From Octopus sinensis (lineage: Eukaryota): DNA of 64,000 nt. Every line of letters begins with the position of its first letter. Position 1 is the stretch's first letter. Positions 11,523 to 26,481 of the stretch are shown piece after piece. Both the position numbers and the translations under genes were made by a program. Location of the stretch: positions 57,102,001 through 57,166,000 of the forward strand of contig NC_043013.1 in assembly GCF_006345805.1 (NCBI RefSeq). Direction: 5' to 3'. The notes under the pieces were generated by a model. The model searched no databases, was not told the origin of the DNA, and saw nothing but the letters and a program-made list of their open reading frames with translations.

Positions 11523-12956
11523 ATGGAGAATCATTCTGAATTCTTGTCAGATTTGTTCTTTTGTCATTTATATTATTATTTTCATAGATTTTCAAGCATT
11601 TTATTCTTTCATTTTAAAGTAAAATATATATTTGTTTGCTTCGTGTTAATTTTCTCGAATTTCAAGATCTAAGTCCTATTTTTTTCTTTGTGCTTTTCAT
11701 GTGTTTTGTGCAAAAGTATTTTAAAGTTAAAAACTGCCTCGAATTACATGATGAGATGGTGTCATACTATTGTTTTCAGTGAACAGGGTAAGTTTAGGTG
11801 TAAAAACCGCATATTGCTGAATTGTCAATTCTACCGCTCTGACATGAAATTCAATTATGTATTTACCATGAATTACAAACAGAAAACAGAGAGACGCAGA
11901 CGGAAAGAGAGAAAACAAGAATTTAACATTAGAAAAGATTTGTGAATTTATCTTTTAAATTTATTACGTTTAGTTGAAATATTTTTCTCTAAGATCCCCC
12001 CCCCCAAGAAACATATGCTACTCAAATTCGTTCAATATTTATTGTAACTGCCTTCTGTTTAATTTTTTTCCCTTTAGGTGAAGCAGGTTAGCTCAATGGT
12101 TAAAGTATCGAGCATAAGAGTCAAAGGTTTTGAGTGACATAACATCACAGTTTTCAAATTTCGCCTTTCTTTTAGTTGTGTTATGTGAAATAAGGAAATC
12201 TGGTTGGAAAATCGATTTTAGGAAACCCTGCAACGAAGTTGATTGATTTGGATATAACGTTTGGTTATGTTTAGAAAGGAATCTTTCGGAACTAACTATT
12301 TGTCTCGAGTGAAAAGTCGGTCCCGATACATAAGATTTCTCCTCTCCACATGGCAGACAAACTTATCCAAAGGAAAACTTCTAAGGTTTCCTGTGTTGCT
12401 CTATGCAAGTGATTATGATTAACGAACTGTGAAATACTAGTTTAGAAAATTTTCGAGATTGGGTTTGGGTTTTCTACCCACTTTAAATTTGTTTGTCAAG
12501 TAAGAGAAGAGTATGGCCCACCCTGGGAAACGTTATGCAGTAAATTTCTCTACAAGAAAAATCCAAATATCCTTCAGCTCACATCCTGCCATCGCAAAAA
12601 GGAAGAGCAGACCAGGTAATATATTCTTTATTCATTCAATCTGAATCTAAGGCATCGAAGTCTTTTGGTTAAGTTTTGACCTTCATTGTCAACAACAAAA
12701 ACAACTTTGTAAGTTTGGATCTGCTTGATTCCAACTAATTTAGAATAACACAATCATAGCAACGTTGAAGGAGGTCGCAGCAGCAGAAACCTCTAAGAGT
12801 TCCACCGTGGCAATTACAAAAAGGAAGCACACGCAGGTTGGTGTTGTCTTTGATACCCTATGCCTAAAACAAAAAAAAACTGAATGATCAATAACGGATT
12901 ATCGTTAATCAGAAGTCTGATGCTATATTAAGGTCAGTGTGCGGACTAAACAACAA

Positions 12957-12966
12957 CAGCAACGCT

Positions 12967-13003
<37 letters not shown>

Positions 13004-13040
13004 GTTACTAATACTGTTGCTCCTGCTGCTGCTGCTGCTG

Positions 13041-13090
<50 letters not shown>

Positions 13091-13125
13091 GTTACTAATA
13101 CTGTTGCTGCTGCTACTACTTAACA
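12957..13125. repeat. (CTA)n/(CTG)n microsatellite
   Basis: Direct inspection. Confidence 0.9.
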
Positions 13126-15099
13126 TCAGCTCTAACTACAGCATCAGTAACAATATTAGCAGCAACGATTAAATTGGGTAAACAGAATGGAACGACCGAT
13201 AAAAGTGAAAGGCAAAAAAGAAACATTAAAAATACCACCTGTTACAGGTGCATCAAGGAAACCTCTATGTGGTTACTCACTCTACTAGAAATAGCAGTCC
13301 ACAAACCTGGAATCACATACCACTTTGGTTGGTGTAACATTAGAAAGAAATACTTTGCATTTAATGCAAAATATCTCTTCGTAGTTAAAATGTCTTTGAT
13401 TATACGTTTGGTGAATTAGAACTGAAGTAGGGTTAAATAATAACACCACCACCACCATCACCACTAACACCACCACCGCCACCACCACTAACAACACAAT
13501 ACGCTTGTAATTTCACAAAACATGTCACATCGAACAATAGACCCAGACTACAAATGATCAGATTTGCACTGACTTATCTGTATTTCTTAACATTGAAAGT
13601 ACAATTTAGTGTGACTTAAAGAGAGACTGCAGTAGATAATTTAGTTCTAGAAACATTTTCTCTCAATAAATTGCTGTTGAAGAGACTATTATATTTGTAA
13701 ATAGTGTTGCTAAAGATTAAAACGTCTTGGCTATAGAAACGACAGCTTTCATCTTTGTGTACAAGATTCGTACATTGTCGTTTCTACACATTTCGTAACT
13801 AAGAAGTGTGAAGCACTTTCGGAAAGTGTAAAGAACGAATAAACTCTCTGAAGTCAGAAACCTCAGATTTCTTTGTTTCAAACCAAAACATTTGATATGC
13901 TTGTCTACCAGTCCTTAGCAGTAACGACAATGTTTGACCCCTAATACTTAGCGTAGCCAGTTGTTTTACATTTTCTGAAGATGATTTACTTCAATGGAAT
14001 CTTCTCATTAGATTAATTTTTACTGGAAACTTTTCACATCATTATAATCCAACCATGAAAGGTACTCAGCCTCATGGTTGCTGTATACTCTGCCTCTTGA
14101 TCCAGCTCTGCTGAATTTAGAGATGTTGAGGGAAAAACCCTCTCTCACTTATGTATGAGAAGACCAGGTTAAATTAGATCACAGACACCTCTCCTATGGC
14201 ATCGGATACTACAGAAATCGAAATGATCATCCCTGAACTGAATAAATACCGGATTGTAATCGATATATACATTAACGAAGAAAAGTCAGTGAGTTTGTAG
14301 CTGAACGTTTGTTGAAGTAAAGCCATAATCAGTTGTTTCGTGGATTGGCCGAAAGTCCTGTTGAAATGGAGTCTTGCTCAATAAACCCTTCACATGGAAT
14401 ATAACTGGGTAAAATTATTGTGAACACGGCTTGACACACGACGACATCGACTGAGAGGAAGTTACCCGACAATGTAGAGGTTGTGATTCTGAATAGTTGT
14501 TTCAGTTTTCAACTGATCAGGTTGTAGTGCCTTGTGATGTATTAAGATTGTCCCATGAGCAAAGATTCTTGAACAGTGACAAGGCGTGAGGGGCCACTTG
14601 TGAGGCACGATATACTGCCAGTTACTGCATCGCCTGAAGTGCACATATGGATCAAATGTTGACCCGGATCGGATAACTATTGTCGAGAATGTTGATCAGT
14701 TCCCACAATTGTCTTCCAGTCAGCTAACAAGGCAGGCAGTATAACTTATCAATGTAAGTTAGTGATTGGTGAGAGTGATGACATTCTTTAAGAAATTCTG
14801 GACTTCAAGGAAAATCAAGCTGACAGTTTTTTCCAGTGGTTTTCCAGTCATGTGACTATAGAAAATTTCCAGAAACTGGGAATATTGGCAGAATGGGAGC
14901 AATGATCATCAAAATATTGGCTCCTATGTGAATGTTTTGAGAGATGGGTGAAAATAGTGGGAATTGCCCTTTTGAGATATTCTAATATCTATAGATGGCT
15001 GTAACCTAGAGAAGAGATCTAGGAAAGGATAGTTATTATGGTCAAGCTATTCTTGCACCTGAGAGTTTCCATGATAGTAGCAAATAAAGTTCATCACCG

Positions 15100-15149
<50 letters not shown>

Positions 15150-16866
15150 TAGTTATTATTATTTTATTTTTTCTTATTATTAGTTTGACTCAAATAAAAA
15201 CTACAAAATGTTACTGTTGTAGCTATGCGAACAGGAAAGATTCGGCATCAGCCAACATCAGTTACCCTTATGCTCAAATTTCTTACACATTCTTTCTTCC
15301 TTTCTCTTCTTCTATCCCTCACTCCCCCTCTCTCCTTTTTCTCTCTCACCATATCTTTCTTTCTCTCTTCCCCTCTCTCCTTATTTGTCTTTTTCTTTAA
15401 TTTCTTTTATAAATTTTATTTATTTTGCATTCATAAATTGTATAATTTAAAAATAAAAAGTCTGCTTTTATTCATTTGTAATATTTATATATTCTTTTTT
15501 TTTAACAAAGAACATCTCTCCCTCGGGCCCAGTTTAAATCGATTATATTGGATTTTGTTTGTCTTTTTTGTTTGATTCTAACTTGAATTGTTCCAAAACA
15601 TCAGACATAATTTCCACCTGAAGCTTTCCTCTGACATTCTAAGTCTTTTATTATTCTAATGTTATGGCATAAGTCTGCTAACAATGGACATTAAAACTTC
15701 GCCTATTCAATTATGTCTTACATTAAACTGAAGCGAAACATGAAAAGCAGACATTTTCCCGCCATGTTCTTCTGCCGCCATACACACTTGATGCAGTGTT
15801 TTAGAGTCTACGATGGTGGGACGCAGGTTAAGATATTTTTCTTTTGTTTTTTTTTTTAAGTAAGGTGACTAATACAAATGAGGATCCATACATACATGTG
15901 TATTTCTCTCTCTCTCTCTCTGTATATATATATATATATATATATATAGCAAGAGAGAAAGAGAGAGGGGGAGGGACAATGAGATAGATAGATGGAAAGA
16001 GATAGAAAGATATATATGAAGAAATACAGATCTATGTATAGATCCTCATTTGTATTAGTCACCTTAGGTGTATATTTGTATGCATTCGTGTGTGTGAATG
16101 TGAATATGTGTTTAATATTATTTTTATACCAGTTTACAGATTTATAGTTATATAAAACAATGCACAAATAAATCAATATATTTTACTGTATTTGTGATAG
16201 TTCGTTAATGCCCTTCTTCTTACCAACAAGCACATTCTCTCTCTTCATCTCTCTCTCAGATATGCATGTATACAATGTAAGCCTACCAACATGTATGCAT
16301 ACATATATGTAGTAGTGGTGGGGATATATTTTTATGTTCAATTACAATAAAAACAATGTTACATTCATCTGATGGGTTACTCTATGCTTTTGCAGAGTTC
16401 ACATTTATTATTTTTAAGCAAGAATATTTGGCAGTGACTTGGAAATATCGGCCAATTAAGCAAACGTTCTTCTGCCATTCAGGCGATGGCTTCAGTTGAA
16501 ACTTCGAAGTCACTATCAATGATAGTCTTCCTTCATTATAATCAATACTCACACACACCCACATATATTTATAAACGTGACAGAGGGTACTCAGTAGTAC
16601 CAACATTTCTAGAAATAAGAGTAAAAACAACCCAACAGCCACAGATGCACAGAGACAAGTTCCCTAACGGACATAGCCAGATCCCCGATGATTTCGAATG
16701 CTAGAGCATCTTAATTCTCATCGGTGGGTCTTATCGCGCCTAGAGTTAAACTCAACCCATCTTGTTAGCTCATAAGAAATCCGTTGAACTCATACGCTTA
16801 TTTCAAAAAACGGTAGAAGTGGCTTTTGGGATTGTTTTAGCTCTTATGTAATGAATAATAATTATA

Positions 16867-17030
16867 GGCGCAGGAGTGGCTGTGTGGTAAGTAGCTTGCT
16901 AACCAACCACATGGTTCCCGGGTTCAGTCCCACTGCGTGGCATCTTGGGCATGTGTCTTCTGCTATAGCCCCGGGCCGACCAATGCCTTGTGAGTGGATT
17001 TGGTAGACGGAAACTGAAAGAAGCCTGTCG

Positions 17031-17072
<42 letters not shown>

Positions 17073-17340
17073 TATATATATAGATATATATATATATATA
17101 TGTATGTGTGTGTATGTGTTTGTGTGTCTGTGTTTGTCCCCCTAGCATTGCTTGACAACCGATGCTGGTGTGCTTATGTCCCCGTCACTTAGCGGTTTGG
17201 CAAAAGAGACCAATAGAATAAGTACTGGGCTTACAAAGAATAAGTCCCGGGGTCGATTTGCTCGACTAAAGGCGGTGCTCCAGCATGGCCGCAGTCAAAT
17301 GACTGAAACAAGTAAAAGAGTAAAAGAGAAAAAGAGTAAA
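16867..17340 (+). mobile_element. Full-length tRNA-derived octopus-type SINE (OR-like, CORE-like segment, internal TA/TG microsatellite)
   Basis: GGCTGTGTGGTAAG A-box, GGTTCAGTCC B-box, ggcatcttgggcatgtgtctt CORE-like segment, 3' ggcggtgctccagcatggccgcag and (GAGTAAAA)n tail. Confidence 0.9.
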
Positions 17341-19848
17341 TAAATGATATTCAAGAAAATAAATACTCCCAGAAACATTTAGGGTTATTCCCTTACAGAC
17401 AGGTGCCGGTGAGTAATTTGCGCCTAAATTTCATTATAGGTATTTGTAACAGAAAATTGCCGATTGGTCGCTGATTCTAAGGAAAATGGTGCAAAAAAAA
17501 AAGAAGTGCAGCTAAAATTGCTCTTAAAAATCTTTTTTGTAGGAAACGTTAAGGAATATTCTGGCCCTTCGCTATTGCTAATTTAATAACAAACTTTCGG
17601 TAACATTTTCAAAGCTTTCTCTGTCTCCTGTGTACTACACCATAAATTTAAGAAAGTTTTCGGGTCTCTAAAGGAAGAGATTGTTTTTTTCCGTATCCTA
17701 AAAACACGGGCAGAAAGAATTGTACCCTCCTTGGTCACACAATTCATTGACTTTCAGTGTCATAATATAGTCATATCTAAATATTCGGTGTTCCAAGTGA
17801 CATAGGAAATTGAAGTGAAACTAGAACTAGGTTACTCGACAGCATTGTCCAGTAACGAAGATCGTGTCTATTTGTTGTTGTTACCCCAAACAAAGTAATA
17901 TTTCTACTACTTCGTTATATCAGGTTTTGCGTGTATCTTGTGATAAGAAACCCTCAATTATTTCGTCGTATGAGTCAGCTTGTGAAGAGTTTTTCGTTAT
18001 CTGATTTTCGGAGGCTAAATGTTTTGTGGTTATTTGACGCAATACATTAACTGACTGAAGGATCGCTAAATGATCAGATAGCACTCGAATACCCCTCCAG
18101 TAATACACTTCCATTTTAAGAAAGTAAGGTTTTCTAGTCAATGCAGATTCAGTTAAATCGTCTCTGAAATCATAGCATCCAGTTTGACAGATGACCTAAG
18201 GGATCAGAACTAATCTTCAACTAAACAACAACAACAACAACAAGATCCGAGAATAATTTTCTCAGTACTGGAAGGGCGAAATGGAAATACTATTTGTCCA
18301 GCATTGTAAAGAGTCTACGAGCCGGTGCTTCAAATATTTCGCTGATCCCTTACACAGTAGAGACAAGACAAGAACGGGTGAGGGGGGAAGGGGAGGTGAT
18401 GGAATAAGAGAATGCGAGGGAGGAACAGGGGAGGAGGTAAAGTTGAGTCAATCAACCTCAGAACTTGACAGATTTACAGATTTTGTGTTTATCGAATCCA
18501 GAGATGAACCGAAAAGTCGATTGTTGCAGGCTCGAAGGAATTTGATCAGACACATCGACGCCAAATTTGTATTCATCCTGTAAGTACCACACACACACAC
18601 ATACACACACACGCACACACACACATATGCTCACATACAAATGCATCGAAACACAATAAATATAAAAACAAGCATATACATAGAATAGCAGAGGTAATCC
18701 ATGTCAGAATGTCTATCACAAATACTACAGATAACAAAATGGAAATCATTCTACAAATCTACAAAACGATCGTCAGATATAAACAAAATTTATGAGTGAA
18801 GAATACTAGTCACCCTTAAAAACTTACAATAAATACGTGCTTTATTGGAAACACGGTTAATCTTTATCACACTGACTAATGTTAACCCACACACACGTGT
18901 TTGCTTCAGGAATGGAAAAATTACAATTTCTGCAAGAATTCCGTTTCCAAATAAATACCGAAGCTCATCTTATAAGAGCAAGCAATTCCGTTGTTGCCAT
19001 GGACGCTTCCCTTACCTTTTGTTAACCACGTGACAAACCTAATCAATAAATGAATGAAATCTACAGAATCTTTAACCATCGCATACATATAGTTCATATC
19101 TTGATTCCAGTCATCTCGCAGAAGCTAAATAAACGTTAAGCGAACGAGGAGGTTTTCTGTAATACAACTTAATACTAGAAGGAAAACTTAACAAGAGGTG
19201 GCTTTAACGATAACAGATTTCACACCACGGCCTTCAGCTTCGACCCTAATACAAACAAAAATCGAATAAATAAAATGACATGCTTCTCATCCCGATTCAG
19301 TTGAGACATCAAAGCAACTTTAATCTCCACAAAAACCGTTTCCTTGTTAAATTATAATTATTCAACAGATCTTTAAAAAAAAATCTATCAACTTATTATA
19401 TTCCATCAGTCGTAATTTCTCCTGTTAGACTTCCAAGCATAGCAAATAGAACGAAACCACTATGCAATCACACAGAGTCTTATGTAACAATAATAATACC
19501 AACAACTGCTCGTAGACTACTTGGCTGATGATGTAGAATAGCATTATATACTTACCTTTAATAACAATGTCACAAAATATCTTTAAATGTAAAGTTTATA
19601 CTTAAACATTTGTTTTGAAATCCTGACTGAAATGTACAAATTCCTATGGTTTCCTACATTTGGTCATTAAAGAAAATTACGATATACTTTCTCCTAAAAG
19701 AGAAAATAAAATGTACGGAAATGTACTTTAATAAACAATAAACCCTACAATTTTTGTACAACAAATGGTGCCGAATGCTAAATACTGCTGGAACACCATT
19801 ACTCAACTGCTATAGAAAAGACTGCCTATATTTCTACATATGTATTGC

Positions 19849-19940
<92 letters not shown>

Positions 19941-20120
19941 TATATACATATATATACACGTAAATGTCGAACGATGGAAATGAGCGCTCAACACCGCATT
20001 GGTGTTTTCCAAAATGAAGGTGAACACCTTTCTCCGTGTGTTCGGCTTGAAAAATTATTAAGACACTAGGATATTTTTAACATGAAAATACTGGTAGCCT
20101 TAATTCACAATTAAAAAAAT

Positions 20121-20156
<36 letters not shown>

Positions 20157-20986
20157 ATATATATATATATATTATATATATATACAGAGAGAGAGAGAGA
20201 GATGTTTGTTGCGTATGAAAATTCCTCCAACGAAGTGACATCTCAAGGGGAAATATTAGTTTGGTTGCCTAACTGCTTCTGTGGCAACATTCGAAAACTA
20301 TAACAATACGAGGAAGCCAGTACATTGGTCAAAAACATGACACCGTGATATATATATATGTATGAATCTGTGCGTTTGGATAGATGTAAGTATATAGAAG
20401 TCTATGCGTGTTTGTGAGTAAATTCTACACTGTCTCTCTGTCTCTCTCACACATACACACGTACTCTCACAAACATATACATGTATATTTCAGTGTTATT
20501 TGTATTTTCTTACACGTTCTCAATTGCGCACGTACTTAAGATTATAGTAGATTTGCTCCAATTTTACCGTTCCCATCATTTGTAAACTGATCAAAGCAGT
20601 TTGTAGTAACTTAGCCCTGTTGTTATTTCACATCTTGTGAAGTGAATTTCTTGAGACCTGTTGATCCGTTTACATCCACATTTCATACTTGTTTCATCCT
20701 TCCTCGATATCACAACGACGCTACCATAACGTGATTTCCGAAATATATTTGACAATATTATTTTATAATATATCCATACAATTTATGCACCTAATATATT
20801 AAATACATTTAATTTCATTCCTGACTGAGGCAATCTCTGTTATCGCCAACAGATATTAATGAAGATCAATAGAAAATGTATGTACTCACACATACACGCA
20901 CACATAGAATCATATTTTGTATATTTAGATATAGATACATATATACATATATAAATGTATGCATATTTTCTTGTATGCATACATTG

Positions 20987-21058
<72 letters not shown>

Positions 21059-21212
21059 AATATGTATCAATGTCTATGCTGACGTAGATATACATACATG
21101 CGTACATATATATAAAATTTTTACCTAAATTTATGTCTACATAAAGACATTTAGGATAATTATGTATTTTTTATGCTGAAACGCATAAAAGAATATATAT
21201 ATATATTATATA

Positions 21213-21265
<53 letters not shown>

Positions 21266-21984
21266 GGATGCATGTATGCCAGTATGAATGCCTTTAGCTG
21301 TAATGACATGCTTTAAACTGATTTGTTGTTAGACGTTTAAATGTTTTATTTTCATTGTTTTGTTTCGTTTAGGCTCTTTTGTTACGTTTATCATCTTGCA
21401 ACTTTCATTCAAATACAAAATCTGAACTCCAGCACGATTTGGTTTCCCACTGTTAATTCCTTACATTATCTATCTCTATCTCTCTCTCCCTCTTTTTTTC
21501 TCTCTCTATATATATCTCCCTCTCGCTTCTTATTTCTCTCTTTCTCTCTCTCACCTTTTTTAGCAATGAAATTCTATTTCTCTTTCTCTCTCATAATCTC
21601 ATACTTCAGAACTCTTCCTCTTCCTTCCACTCTCTGCGCGTCTCCCCTTATTCCTACATGTGTGCGTGCGTGCGTGTGCGTGCGTGTGCATTTGTGCTTG
21701 TGCGTGATTGTGTGTATATACACCCCTGTATCTGTTATATCTTGCTCTGTGATTGTCTCACTACGTCACCATGTCTTTCTTTTATTTTCGATGTCGATTT
21801 GAAGAGACTCCAAACATTTCATTATAGATTGTTTCCTAATGAGGTTCTGCGTCCATTTTGGAAATGAAAAATAGGATAAAGAAAAAATAAATAAATAAAA
21901 TCTGAAAAGGGAACCAGCACCCGCCACTCCTATAAATATATTTACTACAGCCACACAAATCTATGTACACACAAACAAGTTCAT

Positions 21985-22027
<43 letters not shown>

Positions 22028-22703
22028 TGTGTGTACACATACATATACGCAAATGCACGCGTATTTGTATGCATACAAAAGCAAACACGCTTGTGTGCTT
22101 GTATGTACTCAAAACAAAGCCATGCATACCTGTGAGTGTGTGTGTGTGAGTGTGTGTGTGTGAGTGTGTGTGTGTGAGTGTGTGTGTGTGTGTGAGTGTG
22201 TGTGTACTTTCTGCATGTGTTTTAGTCTTTCAAATGCCTTTGTGCACAACCAATGAATGTTTCTTGGTTTGAAATCACTACTATTGTTGTCAGTTATCAT
22301 TTTATTAACAAGCAGGCATGCCCAAGTGAAAATGCTGACAGAGCTGTTTGAATACGCATAGAAATTCATTCTGAACTCAATATAAAATTGAAAAATAAAT
22401 GAAAATATTTCTTAAGTATCACAAATTGATTTGAAATGAAGGAAAAATAAAATTAAAGTACACTACATCCTTATTTCTCTCCCCATATTTTTCTCGCTTT
22501 TACCGAAGATACATGCATATACATACATATGTATAAATACATATATTTGTATATATATGTATATATACATGTTTGTGTGTATATATATATGCACATATAT
22601 TAATGTTTATATATATATACATATAAACATATGTATATATATATAAATATATATATGTATGTATATATATATGTATATATATGTATATATACGTATATAT
22701 GTG

Positions 22704-22749
<46 letters not shown>

Positions 22750-22872
22750 TACATATGTATATATATATCTAAATATATATGCATATATGTATATATATAT
22801 ACATGTGTGTATATATATATATTCATATATACATATGTATATATATCTAAACATATATGCATATTCACATAA

Positions 22873-22923
<51 letters not shown>

Positions 22924-24202
22924 AACAATACACAAACATAAAACCACAAACTAAACAATACACAAAAATATAAGAATAGAAAAAATAAAAGATTATGCAA
23001 ACTCGATCCTAAGTGTGATGCCATTTTAAGAGACTTGCAGAGTGAAAGATTCACTTCAATATGATCTGATTTAATACCTTGGTAGAGAGCTTAGCACCAA
23101 GAAAATAGCAACCACTAATACTATAGAAATGACAGAAAAAGCAAAATCAAAGCAACAGAAAAGAAATTAAAAGAGGAAAAGTGAGAGACGTTTGTTAGGA
23201 AATATTCTTCTGAGGTGGACTTTCAAAACGAAAATATAAATTAATACCTAAAAAGATAATGAAATAAAATTAATGAAAATGGAAAGGAAGCAAATAAGAA
23301 ATATTAACGAAGATACGTACGCAAAAATACGACAAAAATGGAAAAGTCATGAAATATTTTTTAAAAAACTGGAAAAAAATAAACTCAGAATAATGAATAA
23401 AAAAGACAAAAATTGAAACGTGTGAATGTGTTTGAGATGAGGCGATCAGGGTTTCAAGTTCAACAACGTAAATCCCATCAACTTGCACTAAACAGTTGCA
23501 TTATGCAGTGATTAGATGCAATTCTTTCTTAGGCTCACATATGCACACACACACATACAGACACACAAATATATATATATATATATATATTTGAGTATAT
23601 TTAAGCATATGCAATTATATGTACATGTATATAGATGTATATATGTATGTACACAAACGCACTCACGTATATGAAACGAGAAATTCAATATTACACTGCC
23701 AAGATCTATTAGGATTGCAACACATACATGCTAGTGAGTTGTTATTATCCTTATTGTTTTTGTTGATGTAATTATAATTATTGTTGTTATTAATAATCTT
23801 GTTGTTGTTATAATTCCGTACCTTTACATTTATTGCATACTTTCACTGCACAGTCAAATGCAGCTTTCCTCGCCTTGGCTACAGTGCTTCAGTATACCAT
23901 GAACTGTATTTTCAAATAGATCTTTCTCTCTGTGAGGTTGTGCGTGATTTAAAACAGATTTAGCTGCTGTATCTAGCAACTCATGAAACCTCTTATAGGT
24001 TACAGTATTGGTTACTGCTTAAGATCTACCTTAATTGATGTAGATTTACACCCAGTTAGCTCTGACTGAGCAGGCCTAACAACACACACATGCACAGTTG
24101 CTGTCTTTTTTAGAGTTTTATATGTTTAGGAAACAGCTATTCAGCACAAATCATCGGCTTCTCCCATTATGTGCTTATATATATTATATATATATATATA
24201 TA

Positions 24203-24331
<129 letters not shown>

Positions 24332-25384
24332 TATATATATATATATATATATCATTGCCGATATAGGGTGAAAGATTATTAATTTAATAAAATCAACAAA
24401 TTTCACCCACTAGTTTTTCGGTATGGAAAAGGACCATATTCGGTAAAAACTTATACTAACACTTTTTTATATATATGATTATAACAATAAGTGTTTAGCA
24501 ACGGTATGTGGTCAAGCAACTTGTTGCTAAACCCTTATTGTTTTATATATATATATAAATATACGTTCATGTGTGCATCAATCAATGCGAGTTATGTTAG
24601 AGAGATAGTATGTACGTATACACAGGGTAGCATACAGTAAAATTTTGATATTACAGTATGTGATATGAGAGAGATTTGACTACTATTTTTATTCGATGCA
24701 ATCGATCTGTACATGCAATATGTATAAATATGTGTGTGTGTGTCTATATATATAAAGAGCAATCAATATACACACGTGAGTCACATACAGCGAGAATTTT
24801 AACATGGAAGCAAATATATTAGACCTCGCTTTCCTCATGTTTATTGTACTCAATGCAATAGGAATAAAAAATATAATTTAGTCAGATTGTTTCCTTTTCT
24901 CCTCTTCGCTGAGAACTACGTCCAGGCATTAAAGCATGGCCTAAAATTCAGAAATGCAAACGTCAATGTAGGAAAGACGTGTTTTAGTTCGGAGGAGAGA
25001 CCACGGGATTCTACTGCAATCTGGGAACTGAGCATGTTTGATATGCAAAAAAGAAGTATGTGGGAGTTCTACACTCTGCACTCCAAAGAGACAATTATAG
25101 AAAAGGTGTAAATTTATAAAGTGCAGTTGGATCCTTTCATGTATGTTGTCTTTAAAAGAGTAAACTTTGTTGCAAATATTGGAGCCCCCCCCCACATCAT
25201 TGAAAGAAATCTTCCTTGTTTATGGCCATTATCATAGATCAGAAACCCAGGTATGCATGGAAGACACGTAGTTCGCAGTATATAATGTTTGTCATGTTAT
25301 CTTGTACATACACACCAATAGAATCATGCTCATATCCCGTACATACACACACACATACACATACATATATATATAGGGAGAATT

Positions 25385-25530
25385 CACAAAAAAAGACGAG
25401 GACAGGTGGTGTAGACAACAAACAGATGTATTAGTTTAACGCTCGGGAAGTGAAAGAGTCTTTAACGTTTCGAGCCTATGCTCTTCCACAGAAAGGAACA
25501 CAAAGAAACAGGGAGAGAAAATAATGAATG
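25385..25530 (-). mobile_element. Short non-autonomous repeat (probably PLE-derived) carrying an HHR-like motif; second copy at 58015-58160
   Basis: Two collinear copies in the window; 28385-28625 has a related architecture. Confidence 0.7.
25460..25495 (-). ncRNA. Minimal type-I hammerhead-like motif (A6U core variant)
   Basis: CUUU CUGUGGA A GAGC-AUAG-GCUC GAAAC GUU AAAG; palindromic ACGU stem III and a GUU site. Confidence 0.6.
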
Positions 25531-26228
25531 TGTAGTGGCTAGCAATCTATCATGGCAAATACTGGACAGAAGGGTCACACAGGAGAGCTAGGGAGAAGTT
25601 GTGCGTGCGTGTGTACAAGAGAGCATTATGTGCGTGTGGAAGAGTGCTGGTGACCTTGATGTGTGCGTGTGTGCATGTGTAGGTGTGTGGATGATGGTGT
25701 GGGTGCTGTCAAGTTGTTAGTGGTAGTGTGTGCGTGGTGGTGTGATGTAATGTGATGTTGTGTGGTATGATTGTGTGTGGTGTGGTGGTGTTGGGATGTG
25801 GAGAAAGCAAGGGTCGGGTGTGGGTTAGGCTGAGGGTGGATGTAGAGGTGAGGTATGTGGGAGTGAGTGTAAGGGATGGAGGGGTGACGATGAAGGGAGA
25901 GGAAGGGAGGTGGGTAGGAGTGAAGAGAAGAAGGAGATGGAGCAAGAGAGGAGAGGTGGGTGGGAGGAGAGGGGAAGAGGATTAGATGAAAAGGGGGGAG
26001 TCGAGCCCATGTGATGCAAAGGAGCGAAGAGAGAATATTAATCAATCCCTGTTCAAGGCGAAGACAGGAGTCCGGATGAAAACTGTTCATCCACCACCAA
26101 TCAGCCTTACCCTTACATACAAAGACATATACAGACATATATATGGATATATATATATGCATACACACACATTTATATACATACGTTTATATATATGTAC
26201 ACACACATGGATGGAGATATATATATAT

Positions 26229-26380
<152 letters not shown>

Positions 26381-26401
26381 CATATACAGACATATGGATG
26401 G

Positions 26402-26481
<80 letters not shown>

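Noticed and set aside
14240-14980. Possible decayed mariner 5' region
   Set aside because: Only faint similarity (PVTAS..DRITIVE); not supportable.
17398-17432. TIR-like word similar to the maT-like end at 5841-5871
   Set aside because: No partner TIR or transposase found nearby.
24400-24450. HHR-like remnant (minus: CCGAAUA UGGU..ACC GAAAAACUAGU); similar layout near 55610-55660
   Set aside because: Too degenerate to count.
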